From an uncultured Candidatus Sumerlaeota bacterium (lineage in GTDB: Bacteria; Sumerlaeota; Sumerlaeia; MVZB01; JAJFLK01): DNA of 39,482 bases. The first letter of the stretch is position 1. Each line of letters opens with the position of its first letter. The notes under the pieces are model-generated. The model was not told where the DNA came from and ran no database searches. It was given only the letters and a program-made list of their open reading frames with translations. Positions 1 to 10,700 of the stretch are shown here, piece by piece. The position numbers and the translations under genes were made by a program. The stretch lies in assembly GCA_964586185.1 (NCBI GenBank), contig CAZPIK010000002.1, forward strand, positions 1 through 39,482, written 5' to 3'.

Positions 1-1
1 A

Positions 2-1240
2 ACCAAAATCCTTGTTCTTTCCCCTCTCCTTGGCGTTGCGCTGCTTTTTTCAACGACTAATTTGCCATCCGCCGCGCCCGTTATCTCATCGAATAACGTC
101 GCAACAGAAAAGCCGAAACCATGTTGCGTCGCCCCTTCCGGTAGGGCGGCGTTGATTGCCAAAAAGGAACGTGATCAAGCGCCTTCAAAAGCGAATAATG
201 GCGCGAAAGTTTCTGAAGCTAAAACTGAAGACAAGGCGAGCGCGGCGACTTCAAGTTGGCCCGTAAAGCCTTGGCCTCCCGGCATGGTTTGGATCCCCGG
301 CGGCGAGTTTTCAATGGGCGGCGTTGGCAAAGAAGCTCGTCCCGATGAGTTTCCGATCCACCGAGTTCGCGTGAACGGATTCTGGATGGACGAAACCGAA
401 GTAACCAATGATCAATTTCGCAAGTTTGCGGACTCGACCGGCTACATCACCATTGCCGAGAGGAAACCCGAATGGGAGGAATTGAAAAAGCAGCTCCCAC
501 CGGGCACGGAGAAGCCTGATGACTCCGTACTCGTTGCGGGAGCGATGATTTTCTCGCCGACAGAAGGTCCTGTGCCGTTTGATAATCCTGCTCGATGGTG
601 GCAGTGGGTTCCGGGCGCGGATTGGCGTCACCCTTTGGGTCCGCAAAGCTCGCTCAGCAAAGAACACGGGAATTATCCTGTTGTGCATGTTGCTTGGGAT
701 GACGCCGTCGCTTATTGCAAATGGGCGAAGAAGCGTCTGCCGACTGAAGCCGAATGGGAATTCGCCGCTCGCGGTGGGGCTGAAGGCCGACGGTATGCAT
801 GGCCCGGTGACGAATTAAATCCCGGCGGAAAATTCATGGCCAACTCATGGCAAGGTGGGTTTCCTTACGAGAACACCAAGGCCGATGGGCACTTTCTGGC
901 CGCTCCGGTCAAATCCTATCCCCCAAATCCCTACGGTCTTTATGATCTGATGGGCAATGTTTGGGAATGGTGCGCGGATTGGTATCGTGCGGACTACTAC
1001 AAGACCTTGGCCGACCAAGGTGTTGCGGCGAATCCGCAAGGACCCCAAGACAGCCTCGATCCCGATGAACCTTATACGCCCAAGCGAATCAATCGTGGCG
1101 GATCATTTCTATGCAACGACGAATATTGTGCCAGCTACCGTCCATCCGCGCGCATGAAAACCTCTCAAGATACTGGGCAGATACATCTCGGATTTCGCGC
1201 TGTGATGAGCGATGATGCTTGGCGCGCGAGTTTGAAATAG
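2..1240 (+). CDS. formylglycine-generating enzyme (FGE/SUMF1 family), secreted or membrane-anchored; 5' end runs off the window
   Basis: The frame stays open from base 2 and reads TKILVLSPLLGVALLFSTT, a signal/anchor helix, upstream of the listed TTG at 62. FGE-sulfatase motifs are present: WIPGGEFSMGG, RVNGFWMDETEVTNDQF, WEWCADWY, RGGSF. The paired catalytic cysteines C-NDEY-C sit at codons 1112-1114 and 1127-1129. Confidence 0.85.
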   Translation, partial: TKILVLSPLLGVALLFSTTNLPSAAPVISSNNVATEKPKPCCVAPSGRAALIAKKERDQAPSKANNGAKVSEAKTEDKASAATSSWPVKPWPPGMVWIPGGEFSMGGVGKEARPDEFPIHRVRVNGFWMDETEVTNDQFRKFADSTGYITIAERKPEWEELKKQLPPGTEKPDDSVLVAGAMIFSPTEGPVPFDNPARWWQWVPGADWRHPLGPQSSLSKEHGNYPVVHVAWDDAVAYCKWAKKRLPTEAEWEFAARGGAEGRRYAWPGDELNPGGKFMANSWQGGFPYENTKADGHFLAAPVKSYPPNPYGLYDLMGNVWEWCADWYRADYYKTLADQGVAANPQGPQDSLDPDEPYTPKRINRGGSFLCNDEYCASYRPSARMKTSQDTGQIHLGFRAVMSDDAWRASLK

Positions 1241-1251
1241 CGGGTTCATAG

Positions 1252-1899
1252 ATGCGGCGTATCGCCCAATTTCTTAAAACTACTTTTATGGGCGGTTTCT
1301 TTGTGCTCCTTCCCATTGGTGTTGTGTTGGGAATTATCATCAAGGGAACGCTCATGATGAAAGGGCTGTCCGATCCCATTGCACACCTGTTTCCCAAAAC
1401 GATCGTGAATGAACCGAAGTTTCCTGTTTTGTTGGCCGCCATCTTGCTTGCAGTTCTTTGTTTTGTGTGCGGACTCTTCATGCGGTCAGCCTTGATCCGC
1501 GCGGAAGGAGTGCGATTCGAGCGAATGTTGCTTTGGAGATTTCCCGGTTATCGCGCGATCAAGGGCATGGCGCGGGGAATGGCCGGATCGGCAGATGCGG
1601 GGGACTTCAAACCCGTGATGTTGGTTTCGTCCCAAGGCTTTCGCGAATTCGCCTACCTCATCGAAGATAATGAAAATGACAATGTGACCGTCATGATTCC
1701 CAGTTCTCCTTCCGCAATATCTGGCACGGTAAGAATTGTGAGTCGTGATCGGATCGAACCTTTAAACGCAAGTCTGGCCGAGGTGGCAAGTGTTTTGGGG
1801 CAATTTGGAGTTGGAGCGCAAGACCTTCTCGCAAAAGCCAACAGCGCAGGAACGAACGAAAAAAAACATCAGGCAACCAGATGCCCTGACAAACATTGA
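1252..1899 (+). CDS. DUF502 family membrane protein
   Basis: The N-terminal FFVLLPIGVVLGI helix and the C-terminal IPSSPSAISGTVRIVSRDRIEPLNASLAEVASVL resemble the conserved DUF502 pattern (PTxPxPxSG...VPR..v..LdmsvEeA). Confidence 0.7.
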   Translation: MRRIAQFLKTTFMGGFFVLLPIGVVLGIIIKGTLMMKGLSDPIAHLFPKTIVNEPKFPVLLAAILLAVLCFVCGLFMRSALIRAEGVRFERMLLWRFPGYRAIKGMARGMAGSADAGDFKPVMLVSSQGFREFAYLIEDNENDNVTVMIPSSPSAISGTVRIVSRDRIEPLNASLAEVASVLGQFGVGAQDLLAKANSAGTNEKKHQATRCPDKH

Positions 1900-1919
1900 A
1901 CCAATAAAAAGGGACTAAC

Positions 1920-3293
1920 TTGGATACTCATCACGCATCTCACTCGGCACCGGGAGTTTTCTGGGCGCTCCCCTTTTGCTTTCTCCTGCTCACGATTGCC
2001 GTCGCGCCGCTTTTGCACAGCATCAAGCATTGGTGGCATAAGCACTCGAACAAGATGCTTGTCGCTCTCGTGCTATCGGCGATTACGCTGCTGTATTACG
2101 CGCTACGCGGCGAAGGATACCATGGTTCGGAGAAAGGAATGGCGGCGGTCGGAGCCGTGCTCCATCACTCCGTCATCGGCGATTATTTCCCCTTCATGGT
2201 TTTGCTATTCAGTCTTTATACGATCAGCGGCGGAATATTGATCCGGGGGTCCTTCAAGCCAACCCCTGCTACCAACGCATCGTTACTCCTCATCGGCGCG
2301 CTCCTTGCCAGCTTCATTGGCACAACCGGTGCCTCCATGCTCCTCATCCGACCGTTGCTCGAAATCAACAAGCATCGAAGAAACGTCAAACACTCGGTCA
2401 TCTTCTTCATTTTTCTGGTGAGCAATATTGGGGGTTCGCTTTTGCCCGTCGGCGATCCGCCTCTTTTTTTGGGCTACCTGAAAGGAGTTCCCTTTCTATG
2501 GACGCTCCAGTTGTGGGTGGAATGGATAACTTGCGCCGCGTTGCTTTTGGTGGTCTATCTCGTCATGGATATCTATCACTACAAGCGAGAAGATCCAGAA
2601 CGACTTAAGCAAGGGGATGGAGATCAAATTCCGTTTACGATCTCGGGCGGATTCAATCTGGCTCTCTTAATTGGTGTTGTGATTGCCGTCGCATTGCTCG
2701 TTCCGGGTAAAACGCTGGTGGGAACAAACTGGGTCGTCCCGAATATTTTTCTGCGCGAGTGGATTCAGTTGGCGCTGGCGGGAATTTCGCTGGCGCTCAC
2801 GCGAAAAGAATTTCGGGAGGCCAATGCGTTCGATTTCGGCGCCATCATCGAAGTCGGATGTCTTTTCATTGGCATCTTCATCACGATGCAAGTGCCGGTC
2901 GAAATTCTTCAAATCAAAGGTCCCTCGATGGGACTCACCTCGCCCGCGCATTATTTTTGGGCGACGGGAGTGCTTTCGAGCTTTCTCGATAATGCGCCGA
3001 CCTATGTCGTCTTTTTCGAGACCGCTGGATCGCTTCAGGCAACGAGCGGCGATTTACTCCACGGCGTTGCGACGGCATCGGGCACGATTTCCAATGAGCT
3101 TCTGAAAGCGATTTCGTGCGGAGCCGTTTTCATGGGCGCGAATACTTACATCGGCAACGGCCCGAATTTCATGGTGAAAAGCATCGCCGAAATGCACCAC
3201 ATTCACATGCCGAGTTTCTTCGGTTACATGCTCTATAGTGGCGCGATTCTCATTCCATGTTTTGCAATCGTTACGCTGCTTTTCTTTGTTTGA
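1920..3293 (+). CDS. ArsB/NhaD-superfamily ion transporter (annotated in relatives as sodium:proton antiporter)
   Basis: 457-aa polytopic membrane protein with about 10-12 hydrophobic segments and a TTG start. Family assignment is from overall resemblance only. Confidence 0.55.
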   Translation: MDTHHASHSAPGVFWALPFCFLLLTIAVAPLLHSIKHWWHKHSNKMLVALVLSAITLLYYALRGEGYHGSEKGMAAVGAVLHHSVIGDYFPFMVLLFSLYTISGGILIRGSFKPTPATNASLLLIGALLASFIGTTGASMLLIRPLLEINKHRRNVKHSVIFFIFLVSNIGGSLLPVGDPPLFLGYLKGVPFLWTLQLWVEWITCAALLLVVYLVMDIYHYKREDPERLKQGDGDQIPFTISGGFNLALLIGVVIAVALLVPGKTLVGTNWVVPNIFLREWIQLALAGISLALTRKEFREANAFDFGAIIEVGCLFIGIFITMQVPVEILQIKGPSMGLTSPAHYFWATGVLSSFLDNAPTYVVFFETAGSLQATSGDLLHGVATASGTISNELLKAISCGAVFMGANTYIGNGPNFMVKSIAEMHHIHMPSFFGYMLYSGAILIPCFAIVTLLFFV

Positions 3294-3295
3294 AT

Positions 3296-3985
3296 CTAAG
3301 CCGAAGCCTTTTCCGAGGCTTCTTGATAGAACGCCTTGTTATGCCGGACGATCTCGCCGTTGATCATGTAGATCACGTCCTCGGCAATGTTTGTCGCATG
3401 ATCGGCAATTCGTTCAAGACAACGCGGAACCGAAAGCAGCCGAAGCAGGCTCTCCAAATGTTCGGGTTTCCTACGGATTTCCTCGAGCACCAGGTCGTAA
3501 ACTCCGGAATGAATGGCGTCCACTTCGGCGTCGGTCACGCAAACGGTTCGCGCGACTTCCAAATCCAAATTCACGAGCGCATCGAGGCTTCGATGCAGCA
3601 TCCATTGAACCTTCTCGGCCATGCCGCGCAAATCAAAAGGCACTTCGAAGAGGGGTTGATTGTTAAGAAACATTGCGCGCTCAGCGATCTTCACCGCCAA
3701 ATCACCAATGCGCTCCAAGTCATTATTGATCTTGAGGACGACAACGATGTATCGAAGATCAATTGCAACGGGTTGATGCAGCGCGAGGATTTTCAGGCAC
3801 TCCTCCTCGACGTCCACTTCGGTCCGGTCAATTTCCTCGTCCATGTCAATCACGCGCATGGCGAGCTTGGTATCACGCTCCAAGATTGAGCGAATAGCGC
3901 GACCCACGTCGTCTTCCACCACGGCGCTCAAGGCCAAAATTTTCTTTTTCAGCTTGCCAATCTCAGTCTGCAAATGAAACGACAC
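3296..3985 (-). CDS. phoU: phosphate signalling complex protein PhoU
   Basis: 229 aa with a duplicated PhoU repeat carrying the E(R)IGD motifs LERIGDLAVKIAE and LERIADHATNIAE. It is the last gene of the pst operon. Confidence 0.9.
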   Translation of the reverse strand: MSFHLQTEIGKLKKKILALSAVVEDDVGRAIRSILERDTKLAMRVIDMDEEIDRTEVDVEEECLKILALHQPVAIDLRYIVVVLKINNDLERIGDLAVKIAERAMFLNNQPLFEVPFDLRGMAEKVQWMLHRSLDALVNLDLEVARTVCVTDAEVDAIHSGVYDLVLEEIRRKPEHLESLLRLLSVPRCLERIADHATNIAEDVIYMINGEIVRHNKAFYQEASEKASA

Positions 3986-4001
3986 GGAACTCTCCTCCTT
4001 A

Positions 4002-4808
4002 TCAACCGAATCGTCCGGTGATGTAATCCTCAGTCTCCTGGCGTTCGGGGTGGGTAAAAATCCGTTGGGTTTCGCCGAATTCGACCAGCCTTCCGTTGCA
4101 GAAAAACGCCGTGTGATCCGAAACGCGCGATGCTTGCTGCATATTGTGCGTGACCATAACGATGGTGTACTTTTCCTTGAGTTCCGTCACCAAATCTTCG
4201 ACGCGCGAGGTTGAAGCAGGATCAAGCGCAGAACACGGTTCGTCCATCAAAATCACTTCGGGTTCCATCGCGACGGCACGAGCTATGCATAGCCGCTGCT
4301 GCTGCCCTCCGGAGAGCGCAAGCGCCGATTCGTGCAGCCGGTCTTTCACTTCATCCCAAAGAGCTGCGCGTCTGAGGGAAGTCTCAACCAACTGTTGCAA
4401 CCCCTCGCGTCGCCCATTAATCCACGGACCCCAAGCGACGTTTTGATAAATGGACTTCGGAAACGGATTAGGCTTTTGAAAAACCATGCCGATGCGGCGA
4501 CGGACTTCGGCGGGATCAACACCAAGTCCATAGATGTCTGCTCCTCGAAAGAGGGCTCTGCCTTCAATCCTCATCCCCGGAATAAAATCGTTCATCCGAT
4601 TAAAGCAGCGCAGAAGCGTGCTTTTGCCGCAGCCCGAAGGACCGATGATAGCCGTCACCCGGTTCATTGGAATCGCAAGCGTTGCGGATTGGATCGCCTG
4701 TGTCGCGCCGTAATAAATGGAAAGATCGTGCGATTCGAGAACCCACTCCGACACTCTCGATTGGGTTCCATTGGCCGCGGGCGCGGATTGTTCAAGTGCA
4801 CTTACCAT
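4002..4808 (-). CDS. pstB: phosphate ABC transporter ATP-binding protein PstB
   Basis: Walker [10 protein letters not shown], signature LSGGQQQRL, Walker B ILMDEP, and the PstB-typical C-terminus [10 protein letters not shown]. Its start overlaps the pstA stop by 7 nt. Confidence 0.95.
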   Translation of the reverse strand: MVSALEQSAPAANGTQSRVSEWVLESHDLSIYYGATQAIQSATLAIPMNRVTAIIGPSGCGKSTLLRCFNRMNDFIPGMRIEGRALFRGADIYGLGVDPAEVRRRIGMVFQKPNPFPKSIYQNVAWGPWINGRREGLQQLVETSLRRAALWDEVKDRLHESALALSGGQQQRLCIARAVAMEPEVILMDEPCSALDPASTSRVEDLVTELKEKYTIVMVTHNMQQASRVSDHTAFFCNGRLVEFGETQRIFTHPERQETEDYITGRFG

Positions 4809-5683
4809 CGAGGTCCCTTTTGTGCGCGATTACGAAGATAAACCGCGATGCCATTGAGCGTCAGCAAAACGGCGAGCAGGACGATGATCCCCGCCGCCGC
4901 CAACTCATGGAACTCTTCGCGCGGTCGCGAAGCCCAGTTGAAAATTTGTATGGGCAGAGCCGTAAAAGAATCAAGCGGCGATTTTGGAACGAACGCAACG
5001 TAGGTCAGCGCTCCGATCATGATAAGCGGCGCGGCTTCACCCATGGCTCGGGCAAGCGCAAGAATAATTCCGGTCATAATTCCGGGGGCCGCCGCAAGCA
5101 ACACATGGTGCCAAATCGTCTGCCATCGCCCTGCGCCCAGCGCAAAAGAAGCCAATCGAATGGATCGCGGAACGGCACGAATAGCCTCGCGCGACGCGAT
5201 AATAATCGTCGGAAGAATGAGCAAGCTCATTGTCAGCGCGCCCGTAATGACACTGCGACCCAAATCCATTCCGCGAGCAAAAATCGCCAATCCAAGAAAT
5301 CCATAGATGATCGAGGGAACACCTGCGAGGTTGGCAATGTTGATATCCATGAACGAACCGAAACGACTCTTGCCCCGGTATTCTTCAAGATAAATAGCCG
5401 CTGCAATACCGAGCGGAACGGAAAAGAGGGCGGTAAGTCCGATAAGCCAAAGGCTTCCCCAAAGCGCAGCCTTAACGCCAGCTTTATCGGGAAACCGCGA
5501 AGGAAATCGATTGATGAAGTCCCAGCTGATTCGCGACAACCCACCTTCCGCGACGTTGTAGAGAAGAACACCCAATAAAAATATCCCCGACCACGCCGCA
5601 AACGCACATGCAGCGCGAAAGAACTTTTCCTTCTTGCGGCGGTACGGAAGATTCGAATCGGGACTGGAGAGAAGGGGGTTCAT
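4802..5683 (-). CDS. pstA: phosphate ABC transporter permease PstA
   Basis: Polytopic permease with an EAA-like loop [29 protein letters not shown] overlap with the pstC stop at 5680-5683. Confidence 0.9.
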   Translation of the reverse strand: MNPLLSSPDSNLPYRRKKEKFFRAACAFAAWSGIFLLGVLLYNVAEGGLSRISWDFINRFPSRFPDKAGVKAALWGSLWLIGLTALFSVPLGIAAAIYLEEYRGKSRFGSFMDINIANLAGVPSIIYGFLGLAIFARGMDLGRSVITGALTMSLLILPTIIIASREAIRAVPRSIRLASFALGAGRWQTIWHHVLLAAAPGIMTGIILALARAMGEAAPLIMIGALTYVAFVPKSPLDSFTALPIQIFNWASRPREEFHELAAAGIIVLLAVLLTLNGIAVYLRNRAQKGPRW

Positions 5684-6675
5684 TCATATACCTCGCGATA
5701 CCGATTCATGATCCAATGTCCGATCACATTCATGACAAATGTCATTAGAAAAAGCAGCATTCCGACGGCAAACAGTGTGTGATATTCGATGGTTCCCGTC
5801 GGCGTGTCCCCAAGACTCACTTGGACGATATACGAGGTTAAGGTTTGAACGCTTTCCATGGGATTGAGTGTCAGTCGTGGAGTGGCGCCGGCGGCAAGCG
5901 TAACGGCCATCGTCTCGCCGATGGCTCGCGAGAATGCGAGCACAAACGAAGCTGAAACACCCGAAAGCGCGGCGGGAAGGACGACACGCGAAGTCACTTC
6001 GGCGGGAGTCGCACCGAGCGCCATTCCTGCCTGTCGGAGCGAAACAGGAACCGCGCGGAGTGCGTCATCGCAGAGCGAAGCAACGACTGGGATGATCATA
6101 ATTCCCACAACAATCGCTGCCGACGCTGCATTAAACACACCCGTGTCGGGATAAATCTTCATGAGGATTGGCGTAACAAAGCTGACCGCAAAATATCCGT
6201 AAACTACGGAAGGAACACCCGCAAGTATTTCGAGGATCGGCTTGATCCAACCTCTCGCGCGGGGCGAAGCGTATTCGCTGAGATAAATCGCCGAGCCAAG
6301 ACCTAACGGAATTGCAATGATACCCGAACCAACGGCAATCCACATCGTCCCGCAAACAAGCGGAAGAACGCCGAAATGTCGCGGTTCAAGCAGCGGCGTC
6401 CATTCCGTCCCGAACAAAAACGCCCAAGGAGTGACTTCACGAAAAAACTTCAGCGTCTCGCCCGTCAGGACAAGAATAATTCCGAGCGTCGTTGCGATAG
6501 AAAGCAAAGCGCATGCCCAAAGACTCCAGCGAGCAATCCGCTCGGACATTCGCTCTTTGCCGTCCAGCCTGGGGATAACGCGAAGAACGGCGGGCGCCTG
6601 TGGAGGGAACAATTTCTTCCCCACAGGCGCATCGCCGCTGCCTTTTTCTTCAGGTTCTTGAATAGTCGCAAGCAA
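5680..6675 (-). CDS. pstC: phosphate ABC transporter permease PstC
   Basis: Polytopic permease with loop [25 protein letters not shown]. Its position between pstS and pstA fits the operon. Confidence 0.9.
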   Translation of the reverse strand: MLATIQEPEEKGSGDAPVGKKLFPPQAPAVLRVIPRLDGKERMSERIARWSLWACALLSIATTLGIILVLTGETLKFFREVTPWAFLFGTEWTPLLEPRHFGVLPLVCGTMWIAVGSGIIAIPLGLGSAIYLSEYASPRARGWIKPILEILAGVPSVVYGYFAVSFVTPILMKIYPDTGVFNAASAAIVVGIMIIPVVASLCDDALRAVPVSLRQAGMALGATPAEVTSRVVLPAALSGVSASFVLAFSRAIGETMAVTLAAGATPRLTLNPMESVQTLTSYIVQVSLGDTPTGTIEYHTLFAVGMLLFLMTFVMNVIGHWIMNRYREVYE

Positions 6676-6683
6676 GATTCGGC

Positions 6684-7715
6684 TTATTTCCCCTCCTCGG
6701 CGTTCAGCAATTCCTCAATCGTCATGCCGGGCTTGGCATGCGCGCCGACCGAGCCTACCTTGCCAGATTCAAAACGTTCCAGCGCCATCTTATACGCCTT
6801 GTCGGGAAGCGCAACATAGCCGACGTCGCCGACCAAGTCTTTTGCGTGAGTCAGATAAAACTTGATGAACGCCTTCACTTCGGGACGCTCCGCCGCTTTC
6901 TTGCTGACGTAGATAAACAGCGGACGCGAGAGCGGCTTGTAGGTTCCATTGCGGATCGTTTCAACGGATGGCTTCATTGCTCCCGTTCCGCCGTCCACGC
7001 CCAGCAGCTTCAGCTTCTTCTTGTTCTCTTCATAGTAGGCAAAACCGAAAAATCCAAGCGAATTGACATCGCCGGAAATTCCCTGAACGAGCACATTGTC
7101 ATCTTCGCTGGCGGTGTAATCCGCGCGACACGCTTTTTCTTTGCCATTGATCGCTTCGGTAAAGTAATCGAACGTTCCGGAATCGTGACCCGCACCGTAA
7201 AGCTTAATGGGCTGATCGGGAAATCCTGCACGCACATCTTTCCAAGACATGATCTTGCTTTCCGGCTCCCAGATTTTTTTCAGTTCTTCGACCGTGAGCG
7301 AATCCACGAATTTGTTCTTGGGGTTAACGAGAATCGAGAGTCCGTCATAAGCAACGGGAAGTTCGATGTATTCGACCCCGGCCGCCTTCGCAGCCTCGGC
7401 TTCTGGTCCCTTGATGAACCGCGAGGCGTCGCTGATATCAATTTCTTTCGCGATGAACTTCTTGAATCCACCGCCGGTTCCAGAAATGCCGACCGTCACC
7501 TGCACGTCGGGGTGGCTCGCCTGGAATTCCTCGGCTATCGCTTCACTGATCGGGAAGACGGTGCTGGAGCCGTCAATTGCAACTTTGCCCGTGAGCTTTT
7601 CGGCACCCTGGACAGTTCCCGCGAATGCCACCAAAGCGACAAGCGAGCAGATTCCTTTCCCGCACCTTTTGAAGGGATTCAATAAACTTCTGGTCACGCT
7701 TTGTTTCGACTTCAT
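6684..7715 (-). CDS. pstS: periplasmic phosphate-binding protein PstS
   Basis: Signal peptide followed by PBP-like type-2 motifs: [36 protein letters not shown]. Confidence 0.9.
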   Translation of the reverse strand: MKSKQSVTRSLLNPFKRCGKGICSLVALVAFAGTVQGAEKLTGKVAIDGSSTVFPISEAIAEEFQASHPDVQVTVGISGTGGGFKKFIAKEIDISDASRFIKGPEAEAAKAAGVEYIELPVAYDGLSILVNPKNKFVDSLTVEELKKIWEPESKIMSWKDVRAGFPDQPIKLYGAGHDSGTFDYFTEAINGKEKACRADYTASEDDNVLVQGISGDVNSLGFFGFAYYEENKKKLKLLGVDGGTGAMKPSVETIRNGTYKPLSRPLFIYVSKKAAERPEVKAFIKFYLTHAKDLVGDVGYVALPDKAYKMALERFESGKVGSVGAHAKPGMTIEELLNAEEGK

Positions 7716-7731
7716 GTTGTATTTCCTTTCT

Positions 7732-7767
7732 CGTCATTCGTGCGGCTTTTGCCGCGTTCCAATGACG
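7732..7767 (-). promoter_or_regulatory. nested 36-nt palindrome in the phoR-pstS spacer (RNA hairpin or protein-binding site); function unknown
   Basis: Plus strand reads CGTCATT-cgt-GCGGC-tttt-GCCGC-gttcc-AATGACG. On the minus strand it ends 16 nt before the pstS ATG, just upstream of GAAAGGAAA. No U-tract follows it. Confidence 0.3.
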
Positions 7768-7838
7768 GAACAATGAAGTACGAACGTTAGGATTTGATTA
7801 GGATGGAATGAGAATACGGCGAAATGATTTTAGGAGGG

Positions 7839-9617
7839 TTACGGGCGTTCGGGAAAATGTAACGTAAATACGCTCCCCTCAGCTACAACGCTTTCGGCGG
7901 TCACCCGGCCCTGATGCGCCTGCGCAATGTGTTTGACGATAGCCAGACCTAACCCCGTGCCCCCGAGTTTGCGGCTTCGGGCTTTATCCACTCGATAGAA
8001 CCGCTCGAAAATACGCGGCATATGTTCGCGGGAAATTCCGCAACCGAAATCTTTAACGGAAATCGCGATTTCCATTCCCTTTCTCTCGATGCTGACTTCG
8101 ACGGTGTCGCCCGATTCGCTGTACTTGATCGCATTGTCAACGAGATTGACGACGGCTTGCTCAAGCAGAGCGGCGTTGATTAGGGTCTCGAACGCCTCAC
8201 CTTCCGTGAAGCGGATGGTGATGTTCTTCTCCTCCGCTTGATGCCCACATGCAAATATCGCGGCCTGCACGGCAGCACGAACAGAACTCTGCTCCAGCGC
8301 GATTTCCCCTTTCTCCGATTCCTGTTCGATCCTCGAAAGACTCAGCAAGTCCTCGATGATCGAGTTCAGCCGATCCGATTGTCGTGCAACGATTTCAAGA
8401 AATCGCCGCGCTTCATCGGGTTCATCGAGCGCACCCGCGAGCAGCGTCTCGACAAAACCTTTGATCGAAGTGATCGGGGTCTTCAGTTCGTGCGAGACAT
8501 TGGCGACGAAATCGCGCCGGACCCGTTCGAGTCGCCGTAAATTCGTAACGTCATTAAAAACCGCGAGGGCACCGATTACTCCCGACCGCTCGTCGCGAAG
8601 CAACGTGCAATGAACTTGCATGTAGCGCTCTTCACCCGAATCGGTGAATAAAATTTCGCCCTCGCTCGGACGGCCGCTCTTTAGCGTTTCCGCCACTAAT
8701 TTTTGAAGATCGGCGTTTCGAACGACCTCCTGCAAATCCCGACCCGCCGCATGGGTCGGCTCAAGTCCCAGCAATCGCCCTGCCGACTGATTCATCTTCA
8801 GAATTCGCTCGTGCGCATCCACCGCAAGCACGCCTTCGACCATCCCGAGTAGCATTGCGTCTTCTTCGTTACGTTGAAGCGCGAGAGCGCGAATCCGATC
8901 GTCCATCCGCGCGGCCATTTGGTTGATTCGATCCGCAAGACCGCCGACTTCTTCGCTCCCCTCGACAGGCATCCTCGGCGAAAGATCGCCCGCCGCAAAA
9001 CGATCCGCGATTCGCTTCATTTCTTCCAAGGGGCGCGAAACTCTACGGGCAAATAAGTAACCCGCGACCGTCGAAAGTCCCGCAAGAACACACGCCCCAA
9101 AAGCAAGTTTCCAAAATATGGTTTGGAGAGAATTCTCGACGAACTCAAACGGAACAGCAATTCGAACGACCGCGGAAACTTTTTCCTGATTCACAATCGG
9201 CAGCGCAACGTAAAGCATTTCGCGCTTCACCGTATGGCTCCATCGAATGGATGAACCCGCGCGACCGGCAAGCGCTGAAGCGACTTCAGGACGATCCAGA
9301 TGGTTATCCATTTTGGAGGGGTCTTCATCCGAATCGCCCAAGGGGATTCCTTCGTGCGAAATGATGGTGACGCGGCTCGACGCCTGTTTCCCCAATTCGC
9401 GGCACCATCCTTGAAAATCGGCAGCGGACTTCACGCCCAACTGCGCGCGCACGGGTTCCACCAATAGCTGACATCTCGCGGTCAATTCGGAAGTTAGTTC
9501 GCTTACGTGCGCTTCACGGACAACCCGCAGGACATACCACGCCCCGAATAGCAGGGACACAAGCGATATGGCGATGAAGAGCGGAAAAATTTGGAGGAAA
9601 AGTCGGCGACGCGGCAT
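7839..9617 (-). CDS. phoR: PhoR-like phosphate-sensing histidine kinase (TM - extracytoplasmic domain - HAMP - PAS - HisKA - HATPase)
   Basis: H-box FVANVSHELKTPITSI, N-box VNLVDNAIKYS, G-boxes DFGCGI and GGTGLGLAIVKH. It starts 3 nt after the phoB stop. Confidence 0.85.
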   Translation of the reverse strand: MPRRRLFLQIFPLFIAISLVSLLFGAWYVLRVVREAHVSELTSELTARCQLLVEPVRAQLGVKSAADFQGWCRELGKQASSRVTIISHEGIPLGDSDEDPSKMDNHLDRPEVASALAGRAGSSIRWSHTVKREMLYVALPIVNQEKVSAVVRIAVPFEFVENSLQTIFWKLAFGACVLAGLSTVAGYLFARRVSRPLEEMKRIADRFAAGDLSPRMPVEGSEEVGGLADRINQMAARMDDRIRALALQRNEEDAMLLGMVEGVLAVDAHERILKMNQSAGRLLGLEPTHAAGRDLQEVVRNADLQKLVAETLKSGRPSEGEILFTDSGEERYMQVHCTLLRDERSGVIGALAVFNDVTNLRRLERVRRDFVANVSHELKTPITSIKGFVETLLAGALDEPDEARRFLEIVARQSDRLNSIIEDLLSLSRIEQESEKGEIALEQSSVRAAVQAAIFACGHQAEEKNITIRFTEGEAFETLINAALLEQAVVNLVDNAIKYSESGDTVEVSIERKGMEIAISVKDFGCGISREHMPRIFERFYRVDKARSRKLGGTGLGLAIVKHIAQAHQGRVTAESVVAEGSVFTLHFPERP

Positions 9618-9620
9618 CGG

Positions 9621-10331
9621 TCATTCCTTGAACCGATACCCTACGCCCCGCACGGTCTCGACGCAATCCCCGGCCTTGCCCAGTTTTTTGCGGAGTCCCA
9701 CGATTTGAACGTCCACCGAACGATCGGTCACGGGATAACCTTCGCCACGAACCGCCTCGACGATTTGATAACGCGTGAAAACCCATCCGGGACGCCGCGC
9801 GAGAAAATGCAAAATTCGGAATTCAGTAAACGTCATATCCACCCGTTCACCATGAACCATCACTTCATGCCGACCGGGATGGATGACAAGATCATGAACT
9901 TTAAGCACGGAATGATCGTCCGTAATCTCGCGCTCACCTCGCCGAAGAACCGCTTTGATTCTCGCAAGCAGGACTCGCGGACTGAACGGCTTCGTGACGT
10001 AATCGTCCGCTCCCAGCTCAAGCCCCGTCATAATGTCGGCCTCTTCACCGCGCGCCGTCACCATGATGATGGGAATATTACGAGTCTTTGGATCGGCCTT
10101 AAGCGCGCGGCAGACTTCCAATCCGTCCATTCCCGGCAACATCAGATCGAGCAAAGCCAATCCGGGCGCTTTGGCCTGCGCGGCTCGCAATCCCTTCTCG
10201 CCCGAATCCATGCAGGCAACGGCGTATCCTTCTTTGGCAAGGTTAAACCGAATTAACTCGGAGATATCGTCGTCGTCTTCAATGACGAGAATTGAAGGCT
10301 TGGCCATGTCTTTGGATCGGGTTGTCTTCAT
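9621..10331 (-). CDS. phoB: OmpR/PhoB-family response regulator
   Basis: Receiver domain ILVIEDDDD...LLDLMLPGMDG...IIMVTA, plus a winged-helix C-terminus LTFTEFRILHFLARRPG...VRGVGYRF. The start may instead be the internal ATG at 10307 (MAKPSILVIEDD). Confidence 0.9.
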   Translation of the reverse strand: MKTTRSKDMAKPSILVIEDDDDISELIRFNLAKEGYAVACMDSGEKGLRAAQAKAPGLALLDLMLPGMDGLEVCRALKADPKTRNIPIIMVTARGEEADIMTGLELGADDYVTKPFSPRVLLARIKAVLRRGEREITDDHSVLKVHDLVIHPGRHEVMVHGERVDMTFTEFRILHFLARRPGWVFTRYQIVEAVRGEGYPVTDRSVDVQIVGLRKKLGKAGDCVETVRGVGYRFKE

Positions 10332-10403
10332 GTCGGTGTTTCGAGCGAGGGAAAATCTCGATCCCTTTCGCCCAACCTCCGAACAGATCGTCTTAGGAAA
10401 TTG

Positions 10404-10700
10404 TTAGCCAATGATGAGGACATCGCAAGAATTACGTCTGATCATCGCGCGCAGGTGGGTCAAACGGGAATACGGAAGATCGCCGCGCAGGACAAGGCCG
10501 CCGGGACTTAGCTTCATTGCGCGGACAAAATGAGCGCGCGCAGCGACCACCAGTCCAGCACGAGCTACGCGCCCAAACGGATGACTTCCGTGGTGCGCGA
10601 CACGGGCAAGCGGTATTCGCACAACATGATCGCTCGATCAGCAATTGCGGAACTCTGCATTTCCGGCTCTACAAGGTCATGTTCACCGCACAAGCGTTTA
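10404..10700 (-). pseudogene. possible frameshifted remnant of a class I SAM-dependent methyltransferase (C-terminal part only)
   Basis: One frame reads ARVAHHGSHPF...FVRAMKLSPGGLVL, which resembles the post-I/II region of Methyltransf_11 proteins (l.HH..dp...RvLkPGG.lvl). A second frame just upstream reads EPEMQSSAIADRAIML. A stop lies 12 codons upstream of the GTG at 10622. No motif I is visible. Weak evidence. Confidence 0.25.

Noticed and set aside
4667-5578. 303-aa plus-strand ORF rich in R, K, N and S
   Set aside because: Antisense to pstA and pstB. Its composition is implausibly basic and low-complexity.
6738-7685. 315-aa plus-strand ORF
   Set aside because: Antisense shadow of pstS, which has clear phosphate-binding-protein motifs and operon context.
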